Assembly: GCA_963674865.2 (NCBI GenBank)
Contig: CAXXYE010000004.1
Location: forward strand, 1 to 64,000
DNA length: 64,000 nt
Reading direction: 5' to 3'
Source of the DNA: Candidatus Hydrogenedentota bacterium
Lineage (GTDB): Bacteria; Hydrogenedentota; Hydrogenedentia; Hydrogenedentales; SLHB01
Below, piece by piece: positions 37,677 through 45,655 of the stretch. Each line of letters starts with the position of its first letter. Positions within the stretch are counted from its first letter, which is position 1. The notes beneath the pieces are model-generated. The model had not been told where the DNA came from and ran no database searches. It saw only the letters and a list, made by a program, of their open reading frames with translations. Made by a program: the position numbers and the translations under genes.

Positions 37677-38456
37677 TCAGAACTGAATCGTCACAGGATC
37701 CTGCCGTGTTAGCCCGAGAGCCTGTGCGGCATTCCCGAGGTTGACAGCGACCTCAAGATAATCGGAGCTGCCGAATAGCGCGAGGGCCGTTCCTTGGGGG
37801 GCCTGGCCATACGTAGTATGGAGGCCGTTCACATGGATTTCGCCCGCCACGACCTTCTTGGGTGTGCGGGCGCCCAGATCTGTGCGGTGAATATTTGTTA
37901 TGAGATTGCCAAACCGATCAATGTGGATGATCTCGCCCCGCATCGTGTTCTTGTCCGGACTTGTGGGCCGGGGGATGTCGAGCAGGGCGATATCCTCGAT
38001 GATGGGCCCGAGGTCGGCCGGTTGCGCGCCGCCGGCCAAGTGCGCGGCGGTGGGAGCGAACACGTCCCGTCCATGGAACGTTGGACTGATGGCCTCTGCC
38101 ATGAAAGACGGATTGATGATATGTCGCACTTGCCCCAGAGGACACACACGCGCCACCAAGGTAACGAGTCCGTTGTCGGGGCACACGAGCCATTGTCCGC
38201 CGATCTCCGCTGCGATGGGACGACGCGCGGTGCCGACGCCCGGATCGATCACTGCGACGTGAATGGTTCCCGCTGGATAGGGCGGTACGGCGCCGGCAAG
38301 AAAAAGCGCCCCCTCCACGATGTCGTGGGGGGAGATATCGTGGCTCATGTCAATGCAGGTGACGTGCGGACACAGGCGATGAAGCACGCCCTTCATGGCG
38401 GCAGCGTAGGCATCTCGTGTCCCGAAGTCGGTAGTGAGCGTGACGAGCGCGGCCAC
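37677..38456 (-). CDS. SAM hydrolase / SAM-dependent halogenase family (DUF62)
   Basis: TLTTDFG, DMSHDI, VIDPGVGT.R, PDNG, TFHGRDVFAP, IDRFGNL.TN. Confidence 0.9.
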   Translation of the reverse strand: MAALVTLTTDFGTRDAYAAAMKGVLHRLCPHVTCIDMSHDISPHDIVEGALFLAGAVPPYPAGTIHVAVIDPGVGTARRPIAAEIGGQWLVCPDNGLVTLVARVCPLGQVRHIINPSFMAEAISPTFHGRDVFAPTAAHLAGGAQPADLGPIIEDIALLDIPRPTSPDKNTMRGEIIHIDRFGNLITNIHRTDLGARTPKKVVAGEIHVNGLHTTYGQAPQGTALALFGSSDYLEVAVNLGNAAQALGLTRQDPVTIQF

Positions 38457-38459
38457 GCC

Positions 38460-39383
38460 TTAGGTCCTCGTCGTGTGGATGCAGTTCCTGCCGGTGGACT
38501 TGGCCTTGTACAGGGCCTTGTCGGCGGCCGCGATGATCTGATCGACCTCCTCGCCGTCGACAGGCCATTCGGCGAGGCCCTGACTGATCGTTACCTGAAA
38601 CCTCTCGCCTTTGTAGTCGAACTCGCGTGTTTCAAAGGTCTTCCGGAGCCCCTCGGCCATCTTGAGGGCGTCCGCCATCGGCGTCTGGGGAAAGAGTATG
38701 ATCACTTCATCGCCGCCGTAGAGGCCTGCGTGGTCCTGAGGACGCAGTGCTCCGCGGATCATGGCCCCCATCTCCCGCACCACCATGCTCCCGGCGAGGT
38801 GTCCGTGAGTGTCGTTGACCTCTTTCAGGCCGTCAAGATCCGTCATGGCGAGGACAAATCGCTCTCCCGGTTGAGCGCGCAGGATCTCCTGATCGAGGTA
38901 ACGCCGAAAGGAGTCCAGCGTCAGAAGGCCCGTGAGCTGATTGTAGTGGATGAGTTCGTGAACCTTCTTGTGAAATTGGGAGTCCGCCTCATCCTGAAGC
39001 ACGAACTTGAACAGCACATCGCCGACTTGGATCTTGTCCCCGTCGTTTAGCTGGGCATTTGATACGGGGGCATTATTGACGAATGTGCCATTGCTGCTGT
39101 TGAGGTCGCGGATCTCGAAGTGCTCGTTGTCGGGTTCGCTGATGCGCGAGATGCGTGCGTGGTAACGGCTTACCAGGGGGGAGGCCAAAGGAATGGCCAC
39201 CTCAGGTGCGCGGCCCAATGTTTGCTCGTTGGTGTCCAGGTCGAATTGCTCGCCGATCTCGGAACCGCCCAACACGATTAAACTCGCGCGCTGCTGGCCG
39301 CCCACTATGGGCATATCCCCGTCGTTCGCGACGGCCGTCGCGTCGAGCATCTTCTCGCGGCGTGTGGGATCGTCCTTGCTCAT
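38460..39383 (-). CDS. FHA-domain diguanylate cyclase (GGDEF)
   Basis: FHA: LGR, VSRYHA, DLNSSNGTFVN. GGDEF: LTGL, DLDGLKEVNDTHGH, RPQD I-site, YGGDEV, ADKALYKAK..GRN. Confidence 0.9.
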   Translation of the reverse strand: MSKDDPTRREKMLDATAVANDGDMPIVGGQQRASLIVLGGSEIGEQFDLDTNEQTLGRAPEVAIPLASPLVSRYHARISRISEPDNEHFEIRDLNSSNGTFVNNAPVSNAQLNDGDKIQVGDVLFKFVLQDEADSQFHKKVHELIHYNQLTGLLTLDSFRRYLDQEILRAQPGERFVLAMTDLDGLKEVNDTHGHLAGSMVVREMGAMIRGALRPQDHAGLYGGDEVIILFPQTPMADALKMAEGLRKTFETREFDYKGERFQVTISQGLAEWPVDGEEVDQIIAAADKALYKAKSTGRNCIHTTRT

Positions 39384-39414
39384 GATCCCCCAACTCCTCC
39401 TCCTCCGTTAGGCA

Positions 39415-39443
39415 ATCATAGCATCCGAAGTCCGACTGCGCAA
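39415..39443 (-). promoter_or_regulatory. sigma70-type promoter of the FHA-GGDEF gene run
   Basis: Minus strand TTGCGC - 17 bp - TATGAT, with a TGc extension. Confidence 0.6.
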
Positions 39444-39459
39444 CGAGTGGTGAACGTTC
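39444..39459. repeat. Left target-site duplication CGAGTGGTGAACGTTC (16 bp)
   Basis: Identical to 41042-41057; abuts the IS terminal TGT. Confidence 0.93.
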
Positions 39460-39538
39460 TGTCGCGACTCTTTGATAGTGTCACCCCCTCGACTCATTAG
39501 AAATGTCACAATTGGAGCCTTTCACTTGGAGGGCTGCC

Positions 39539-40843
39539 GTGGAAGGGCATTTGAAGATGAGTCGCAAGGAATTGATGCGTAAGTCGTTGTTGGAGCTTGT
39601 TGTGGGAAAGCATATGACCCTGGCGGAAGCGGCGCGGCGCATGGAAGTGAGCTACCGGCAGGCGCTGCGGATACACGCACGCTTCGTGTCAGAGGGAGAT
39701 GAGGGGTTGGTGCATCGCAACCGGGGCCGGGCGTCTAATCGAGCCAAGCCTGCCGCGTTCCGGGACAAAGTCCTTCGGCGCTATCAGGAACGCTATAGAG
39801 AACACGATTTGGGGCCGACCCTGGCCGCGGAGAAGCTGGCGGAGGAAGGCCTGTGCATCGACCACGAGACGTTACGGCGCTGGCTGCTTGAGCAGGGGCT
39901 CTGGGCGAAGGGAGACACCGGGCGCCGGCATCGCTCCCGCAGGGAGCGGCGAGCCCATTTCGGAGAGCTGGTGCAGATGGATGGGAGTCACCACCACTGG
40001 TTCGGGCCGGACCAAGGCCAAACTTGTCTGATGAACATGATAGATGACGCCACAGGAGAAACCTTGGCGCTCATGGCCGAGCAAGAAACGAAGCAGGCCG
40101 CCATGCAGCTTCTGTGGCGGTGGATCGAGAAATACGGTATTCCTCGGGCGCTGTATACGGACCGAAAGAACGTCTACATCACCGGCCGGGAGCCCACGCT
40201 CGAAGAGCAACTGGCGGGGCGCGAGCCGCTGACTCAATTCGGAGAGGCCTGCTATAAGCTGGGAATCGTCATCATCCCCGCGACTTCGCCTCAAGCCAAA
40301 GGCCGCGTCGAGCGCTCCAACGGCACATACCAGAACCGGTTCGTCAAGGAACTCGCCTTGCGGCGCATCACCACCATCGCCACCGCCGACAAGCTGCTCT
40401 ACGAAAGCTTTTGTGACGCTCTGAACGCCAAGTTCGCCATTGCGCCCCGTGAGGAACTGGACTATCACCGTCCTCCACCCAAAGGCCTTGAGCTGCATGA
40501 CATTTTTTGCTTCGAGGAACTGCGCGTCGTCCAAAACGACTGGACCGTCCGTTTCGGGAATCATTACTACCAAATCCTCAAGAACAACAGTCCTCTGCCC
40601 CGGCCCAAAGACAGGATTCTGGTCCGCACCCATCTGCACGGCGGCATCAGGCTGCTCTACAAAGACCAGGACCTTGACTACCGCAGGCTCACGGTCAAGC
40701 AATACAAACGAGAAGGGCAGCAACGAGTCCAACAGGTCCAGCCCCCCGCCAAGCCCAAGAAGAAGAACGCTCCCCCCGCGCCCTACAAGCGCTGGCGGCC
40801 CAACGTCCAACGCCTACCTCTCATGAACGCAAAAGAAAGGTGA
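39539..40843 (+). CDS. DDE transposase, IS1202/ISNCY family
   Basis: N-terminal HTH (GLVHRNRGR.SN), ELVQMDGSHHHW, IDDATG, LYTDRK, SPQAKGRVER. GGAGGG RBS before GTG 39539; the ORF-track ATG 39503 lies within the inner end repeat. Confidence 0.92.
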   Translation: MEGHLKMSRKELMRKSLLELVVGKHMTLAEAARRMEVSYRQALRIHARFVSEGDEGLVHRNRGRASNRAKPAAFRDKVLRRYQERYREHDLGPTLAAEKLAEEGLCIDHETLRRWLLEQGLWAKGDTGRRHRSRRERRAHFGELVQMDGSHHHWFGPDQGQTCLMNMIDDATGETLALMAEQETKQAAMQLLWRWIEKYGIPRALYTDRKNVYITGREPTLEEQLAGREPLTQFGEACYKLGIVIIPATSPQAKGRVERSNGTYQNRFVKELALRRITTIATADKLLYESFCDALNAKFAIAPREELDYHRPPPKGLELHDIFCFEELRVVQNDWTVRFGNHYYQILKNNSPLPRPKDRILVRTHLHGGIRLLYKDQDLDYRRLTVKQYKREGQQRVQQVQPPAKPKKKNAPPAPYKRWRPNVQRLPLMNAKER

Positions 40844-40847
40844 GCAC

Positions 40848-40971
40848 GCGAGTTACCCACATATCCACATCCTCGACGAGCGCTATGCGCCCGCGCGCTT
40901 CGCGCTGGATGTGGATATGACGGTCTGGGGACAGCTGCTACGCACCTGACCACAGACCTTGGATAACTCGC
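40848..40971. other. Three-stem structured non-coding segment inside the IS, 3' of the transposase
   Basis: Stems 40848-59/40960-71, 40860-72/40907-19 (perfect 13 bp) and 40922-38/40942-58. Confidence 0.7.
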
Positions 40972-41041
40972 TTCTGCAACCATCGAGCATAGGACATTTC
41001 TAATGAGTCCCAACATGTGACATTTCTAAAGAGTCTTGACA

Positions 41042-41057
41042 CGAGTGGTGAACGTTC
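41042..41057. repeat. Right target-site duplication CGAGTGGTGAACGTTC (16 bp)
   Basis: Identical to 39444-39459; directly follows the terminal ACA. Confidence 0.93.
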
Positions 41058-41287
41058 CCGGATTTATGTTCTAAGTGCAGTGTTGTGGGGAGCATGGTGG
41101 TTGCTAGCCCCTTTTCCTGTTGGTGGGTCTTGATCGAGAGGAGGCGCGGGGAGTACAACGCCGTCGGACTGGAAAGTCGCGACCTCAATGGGGCGCCACG
41201 GCTATCGCGCAAGAAATGGTAGTGTACGTGGGGGAGGTCACGTCGAAACCTACATGACACACGTGCCTGACGTGGCTCTAGGGAGCG

Positions 41288-44200
41288 ATGAAGATGAGCG
41301 AGGAACTGGAGATGACGTGCGGTAGCGAGACGCATATTGGACTGTGGGAGAAGGTTTTCGCGTCGCCGCGTGACGAGTACATCCCGATACCGTGGTGGGC
41401 ATGGACGGGCGCCTTGGCGCCTGAGCAACTCGAGCGTCAGCTTCGGCTGATGTGCGCGCAAGGACTGCGAGAGTTCTTCATCTTCCCCATCTACGGCATG
41501 GACATCGCGTTCATGTCGCCCGAGTATATCGAACGGATCGGCCAGGTGGTTGCGTGGTGCAAAGCGTTGGGGATGAAGGTCTGGATATACGACGAACTGA
41601 GCTGGCCAAGCGGAACTGCCGCTGGACTTGTCCCGCGCCGCCATCCGGCCGCGGTGGCGCGGCAGTTGCGCTACGAAGAGTGCGGCGAGATGACGGCCGC
41701 TGAGGTGCAGAGTCTTTTGGATGATGAGGATGTCGTTGCTGTTTTCGAGCTCAACGGGGAGGAGCCCCCTCGTTTGCTGGCGTATGACAGTATTGATTTC
41801 CCGGATCCTTGTCAGGTGATTCTATTCCGACGTAGACGGGATGAAACGCAGAACCTGACGACGCGAGGCTGCCTGTGGACGCGGAACGAAGCCGGTGTTC
41901 TGGATCTTCTGTCTGCGGATGCGGCGGCGGCGTTTATCGAGGAAGCCTATGCGCCCATTGCGAGGGCCTTTCCTGACGAACTCGGCGTCACGATCAGAGG
42001 CTTCTTCACCGACGAGCCTCAATTCGCTCCGGGCACGCTGCCTTGGTGCGACGGACTGCCGGAGCGTTTCGCGGCGCGGTACGGCTATGAGCTGTTCCCA
42101 TCTCTCCCCGCGTTGTTGCGCGGATGCAGCGACTCAGCCCGAGTGCGCATCGACTTCTGGGCGCTGGTATCGGAGGAAGCTTCGGATGCTTTCACGGGCC
42201 AACTGGCCTGCTGGTGTGCACGGCATAATTTGGAACTTACCGGCCACTTCCTCTACGAGGAGAACTCGGACTCGGTGTGGGCCCACGGCGACACTCCCGA
42301 GCACCTGCTCAAGTTGACGATCCCTGGCTGTGACTTGCTCTCACTATGGACGAGTTTCGATGAGCGGAACGACTGCTATTCGTCTGGGGCGAAGTCGCTT
42401 GTCAAGACCGCCAAGAATCCGGCGTCTGCTGCACGCTTCAGAGGCCGGCGGCGCGTCATGTGCGAAGCGTTCGGCATTATTCCGTGGTGGAAGACGGCAG
42501 CAGACGAGAAGAGGATGACTGACTGGCTCGCCGCCCTCGGCGTGAATCTCATAAACGATAACAGCCTCATTACAGATATCTGCGATTTTCGAAAGCGTGC
42601 CATTGCAGGAAAGCATTTCACCCAGCCCTACTGGCCGTACGAGCACCTCTTCTACGCCTACGCAGGGCGCACGTGCGGGCTCGTCGCGGAAACGCTCATG
42701 GACACCGAGATCATGCTGCTGTATCCGAGCAGCACGTGGTGGGCCGAGTTAGAGCAACCCGCGGCCACCTCATCCGCACTGCGCAACCTGGAGCGAGCCT
42801 TTGACGCAACTGCCGATGCACTCGTCCGCAAGCAGTGGCCTTTTGAACTGCTATTCGAGCAGGTTCTGGACGAGGCCACCGTGAAGTCCGGCGTTCTCGT
42901 GACGGGCCACGGGGAGTTTCGTGGCATCGTGATAGCCGGCGCCACTCGGCTGAGGGCCGCGCAAGCGGCCAAACTGGAAGCGTTCGCCGCGAGCGGCGGG
43001 GCCCTGTTTCTCGTTCATTCCGACGCCAAAGTGATGACGGCTGAGGGCGAGCGGCCCCTGTGTGTTCCGGGGGCCGAAGCTGTCGGCGATTGGGAATCGT
43101 CGGCTTTTCCGGACAAATTGAGCGACATGCTGGCCCGGCGCGTTGTGCGCCCGTGGACTGTGGAAGGAGACTGCGCCAACGAGGTGATCTCGGCTGCCCG
43201 CATAGACGAGGACGGCAACCGTTATCTCTTTGTGGCTAACATGACGCCCGGGAGCAAAGATCTGCGGATTTCGTGGCGCGAGGGGGGGCTTGCCGAGTGC
43301 TGGGATCCCGACACCGGCCGTCGGTGGGCGCCGCGGCAGGAGCCTGGGCGGATGCGCTTCACTTTGCCGGAGGGCCAATCGGTGTGGATTGCCCAGACGC
43401 GGAAACCGTGCGCGAGCGAGGAAGCGCCGGCGCACTTCATGCCCATCGACCGATCTGCGGTATTGCTCGACGGGCCTTGGGAATTCGAGACGGACCGCCC
43501 CAATCTATACCGGCTCGACCACCGGCTTCGCGTTGACGTGGGGGGGACGCTTGATGCGGCGCGTGCGCAGTCTGAAGGCGACGCCTGGATCGATGTGGCG
43601 TGCGGCGACGCGGGTGTACCTCTGCGGCCGGAGGATATGGCCTGCTACTGGCTATCGGCCGAGTTTGAGCTGCTGGAGTCGTGCGTCGATCTACAGCTCA
43701 TTGTGGACACTTCTCTGTTCGGCAATGCCTGGCTCAATGGTGTGGACTTGGGTGAGAGCGCACCTGCGACTGTCTGGGACGACCACAACCGGGCGTGGGA
43801 GCTCGGGGGCCGCGCTCACCCCGGCGTGAATCATCTCCTGCTTCGTGCAACGCCATCTCCATATAATGCCGAACATATCGCTCCGTTCACGACGTCTATC
43901 GTGGAACCCATCGTGCTCCGGGGCCGCTTCGCGGTGGACGGGCGAGGTCGCTTGACCACGCCGCCCAGGCAACTTGGCCCAGGCGACTGGGGGGCTCAAG
44001 GATTTCCTCACTTCGCGGGTGTGGGCACGTATCGCATGCGTTTCGCTTGGGACGGCGGCGACGCCCTGATAGCTCTAGAGGCCGGACGGCATGTTGCGGA
44101 GGTCCTTGTGGACGGTTGTTCTCTGGACAAACGCGCGTGGGGGGCACGTCACTTTCTGGCCAAGGATCTTGGCGCGGGCCAACACGCCCTGGAAGTGCGC

Positions 44201-44314
44201 ATTGCCAATACGCTGGCCGGAATCCTGCGTCGTTCCTATGGAGGCGAGACAGTAGCCGATATTCCCGAAAGCGGCCTACTTGCCCCGCCGCGCATCAGCC
44301 ATTACCGCGACTAG
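41288..44314 (+). CDS. Glycoside hydrolase, GH106 (alpha-L-rhamnosidase)-like, with C-terminal GH2-type sugar-binding domain
   Basis: PIPWWAWTG, WIYDELSWPSG.AAG, GFFTDEP, LTGH, CEAFG, LGVN, FAGVGTY..F, LEVRIANTL, SGLLAP. Confidence 0.75.
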   Translation: MKMSEELEMTCGSETHIGLWEKVFASPRDEYIPIPWWAWTGALAPEQLERQLRLMCAQGLREFFIFPIYGMDIAFMSPEYIERIGQVVAWCKALGMKVWIYDELSWPSGTAAGLVPRRHPAAVARQLRYEECGEMTAAEVQSLLDDEDVVAVFELNGEEPPRLLAYDSIDFPDPCQVILFRRRRDETQNLTTRGCLWTRNEAGVLDLLSADAAAAFIEEAYAPIARAFPDELGVTIRGFFTDEPQFAPGTLPWCDGLPERFAARYGYELFPSLPALLRGCSDSARVRIDFWALVSEEASDAFTGQLACWCARHNLELTGHFLYEENSDSVWAHGDTPEHLLKLTIPGCDLLSLWTSFDERNDCYSSGAKSLVKTAKNPASAARFRGRRRVMCEAFGIIPWWKTAADEKRMTDWLAALGVNLINDNSLITDICDFRKRAIAGKHFTQPYWPYEHLFYAYAGRTCGLVAETLMDTEIMLLYPSSTWWAELEQPAATSSALRNLERAFDATADALVRKQWPFELLFEQVLDEATVKSGVLVTGHGEFRGIVIAGATRLRAAQAAKLEAFAASGGALFLVHSDAKVMTAEGERPLCVPGAEAVGDWESSAFPDKLSDMLARRVVRPWTVEGDCANEVISAARIDEDGNRYLFVANMTPGSKDLRISWREGGLAECWDPDTGRRWAPRQEPGRMRFTLPEGQSVWIAQTRKPCASEEAPAHFMPIDRSAVLLDGPWEFETDRPNLYRLDHRLRVDVGGTLDAARAQSEGDAWIDVACGDAGVPLRPEDMACYWLSAEFELLESCVDLQLIVDTSLFGNAWLNGVDLGESAPATVWDDHNRAWELGGRAHPGVNHLLLRATPSPYNAEHIAPFTTSIVEPIVLRGRFAVDGRGRLTTPPRQLGPGDWGAQGFPHFAGVGTYRMRFAWDGGDALIALEAGRHVAEVLVDGCSLDKRAWGARHFLAKDLGAGQHALEVRIANTLAGILRRSYGGETVADIPESGLLAPPRISHYRD

Positions 44315-44973
44315 GCGGCGAGCCGGAAGGCGATAAGTTCCAATTCGATGATGAGGTGGGCGAGGGCCGGCATGAGCGCATTTCGCCGTTTGGCCGCCCA
44401 GTAGGTGACGGCCAGTGAGAAGACGAGCATGCCGGCCATCTCCAGCGGCGGCTTCTGAAGGTGGTACAGCGTCTCGGCCAGTGGCACAGCGAGCCAGCCG
44501 TAGCGTGGCCACTGTGTCTGGCAGCGGCGGAGCAGGGCATACCGATGGAGGTACTCCCAGCCCGTCAGCCACGACAGCGTCCAGACAACCGCGTGCCATG
44601 CCTGCCGGGATGATGTGAATGGGGGATAGATCCCCCCGAGGCTAGGCACAACGGCAACCAAAGACACCGCCAACGCGCCCGCGCCCATCAGCGCCGCGAG
44701 GATGATCCAGTCGACTCTCCTCCAACGTCTTGTGCCAAACCATCCTAGGTCGATGCGCTGTAACGTGAACGCGAAGGGCACAACAAACCACACCGTGAAC
44801 TTGAACAGGTCGAATCCGCTCGGCAGACGCCATCTGAAGAGCCGCCAGTCGATGATGGCCGTAGAACCTTGGGCGGCCAGTGTATCCGCAATGTGGACTA
44901 CGGCGACGTAGGCGAGCAGGAGGATGGTGAGCGCCAACGTCGGGGGACGGACCTCTCTTGCCGGTTCAGGCAT
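44311..44973 (-). CDS. CPBP (Abi/CAAX protease-like) intramembrane protein, degenerate motifs
   Basis: Multiple TM helices; WEYLHR (cf. EExxxR), LYHL.KP..E, AH motifs. Confidence 0.55.
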   Translation of the reverse strand: MPEPAREVRPPTLALTILLLAYVAVVHIADTLAAQGSTAIIDWRLFRWRLPSGFDLFKFTVWFVVPFAFTLQRIDLGWFGTRRWRRVDWIILAALMGAGALAVSLVAVVPSLGGIYPPFTSSRQAWHAVVWTLSWLTGWEYLHRYALLRRCQTQWPRYGWLAVPLAETLYHLQKPPLEMAGMLVFSLAVTYWAAKRRNALMPALAHLIIELELIAFRLAA

Positions 44974-44977
44974 GGCG

Positions 44978-45655
44978 CTACTTGGCCATCTTCTTGCCCT
45001 GGGCCGTATCCGGGAACGGGCACAGGTCGACGAGGACGCAGGCCGAGCACTTCGGTCCTCGGGCGTGGCATACGGCCCGGCCGTGAAAAACAAGGCCATG
45101 CGAGAAATCCGTCCACGATTCTCGAGGCCACACCTTAGCGAGGTCCAGCTCGATCTTGTCGGGATCGTTGTTCTTCGTAAATCCGAGACGTTGCGTCAGG
45201 CGGCGGCAGTGCGTATCGACAATGATGGCGGGCTGCCCGAACCAGACGCCTAGCACCACGTTAGCCGTCTTGCGGCCCACGCCTTCCAGTCCCACCAGTT
45301 CCTCCATCGTCCCGGGCACCTGGCCATCAAAGGCATCGACAAGTGTCCGGCAGGTTTTGAGGATGCTTGCCGATTTCTGCCGGAAGAAGCCGCAGGTGCG
45401 AACTTCTTCTTCGAGACGTTCTTTCGGCGCCTTTAGGTAGTCCTCGGGCGTCTCGTACTCCTTGAAAAGGTCCTTGGTAACGATGTTGACGCGTTCATCC
45501 GTGCATTGGGCGGCGAGGATGGTCGCCACGAGGAGTTCCAGGGCGCTCGCATGGTTCAGCGAGCATTCCGCATGGGGATAGGCCTCGCGGAGCCTCGCTA
45601 GAATCGCCACCGCCCGTTCACGGTTAGCGCTCTGGGTAAGTTTCAACTTCGCCAT
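44978..45655 (-). CDS. nth: Endonuclease III
   Basis: LLVATILAAQCTDERVN, HhH GVGRKTANVV, VDTH, Fe-S motif C.ARGPKC..C.....C. Confidence 0.95.
   Translation of the reverse strand: MAKLKLTQSANRERAVAILARLREAYPHAECSLNHASALELLVATILAAQCTDERVNIVTKDLFKEYETPEDYLKAPKERLEEEVRTCGFFRQKSASILKTCRTLVDAFDGQVPGTMEELVGLEGVGRKTANVVLGVWFGQPAIIVDTHCRRLTQRLGFTKNNDPDKIELDLAKVWPRESWTDFSHGLVFHGRAVCHARGPKCSACVLVDLCPFPDTAQGKKMAK

Larger units (their letters stand above)
39460..41041 (+). mobile_element. Complete IS1202-family (formerly ISNCY) insertion sequence, 1582 bp
   Basis: TGT...ACA ends; imperfect 25-bp IRs (TGTCgcGACTCTTTgatagTGTCAC vs TGTCaaGACTCTTTagaaaTGTCAC); a second inner copy GACTCATTAGAAATGTC at both ends; 16-bp DR; single DDE transposase. 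Confidence 0.9.

Noticed and set aside
37677..38456. Fluorinase/chlorinase and halometabolite cluster
   Set aside because: It has the DUF62-type FHGRD motif and ordinary length, and no biosynthetic genes nearby; SAM hydrolase is more likely.
39394..39406. (GGA)4 run in the FHA-GGDEF leader as a CsrA site or phase-variable repeat
   Set aside because: Adequately explained as an extended Shine-Dalgarno sequence; no hairpin-loop GGA context.
40844..41000. IS 3' element as a bridge-RNA-like guide for the target site
   Set aside because: Only a 5-nt match (CGAGT) to the 16-bp DR is visible, which is chance level, and the transposase is a DDE enzyme, not an IS110 recombinase.
41036..41070. Hybrid promoter from the IS-end TTGACA driving the GH106-like gene
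   Set aside because: The nearest -10-like hexamer (TATGTT, 41065-70) is 23 bp away, too far for sigma70 spacing.
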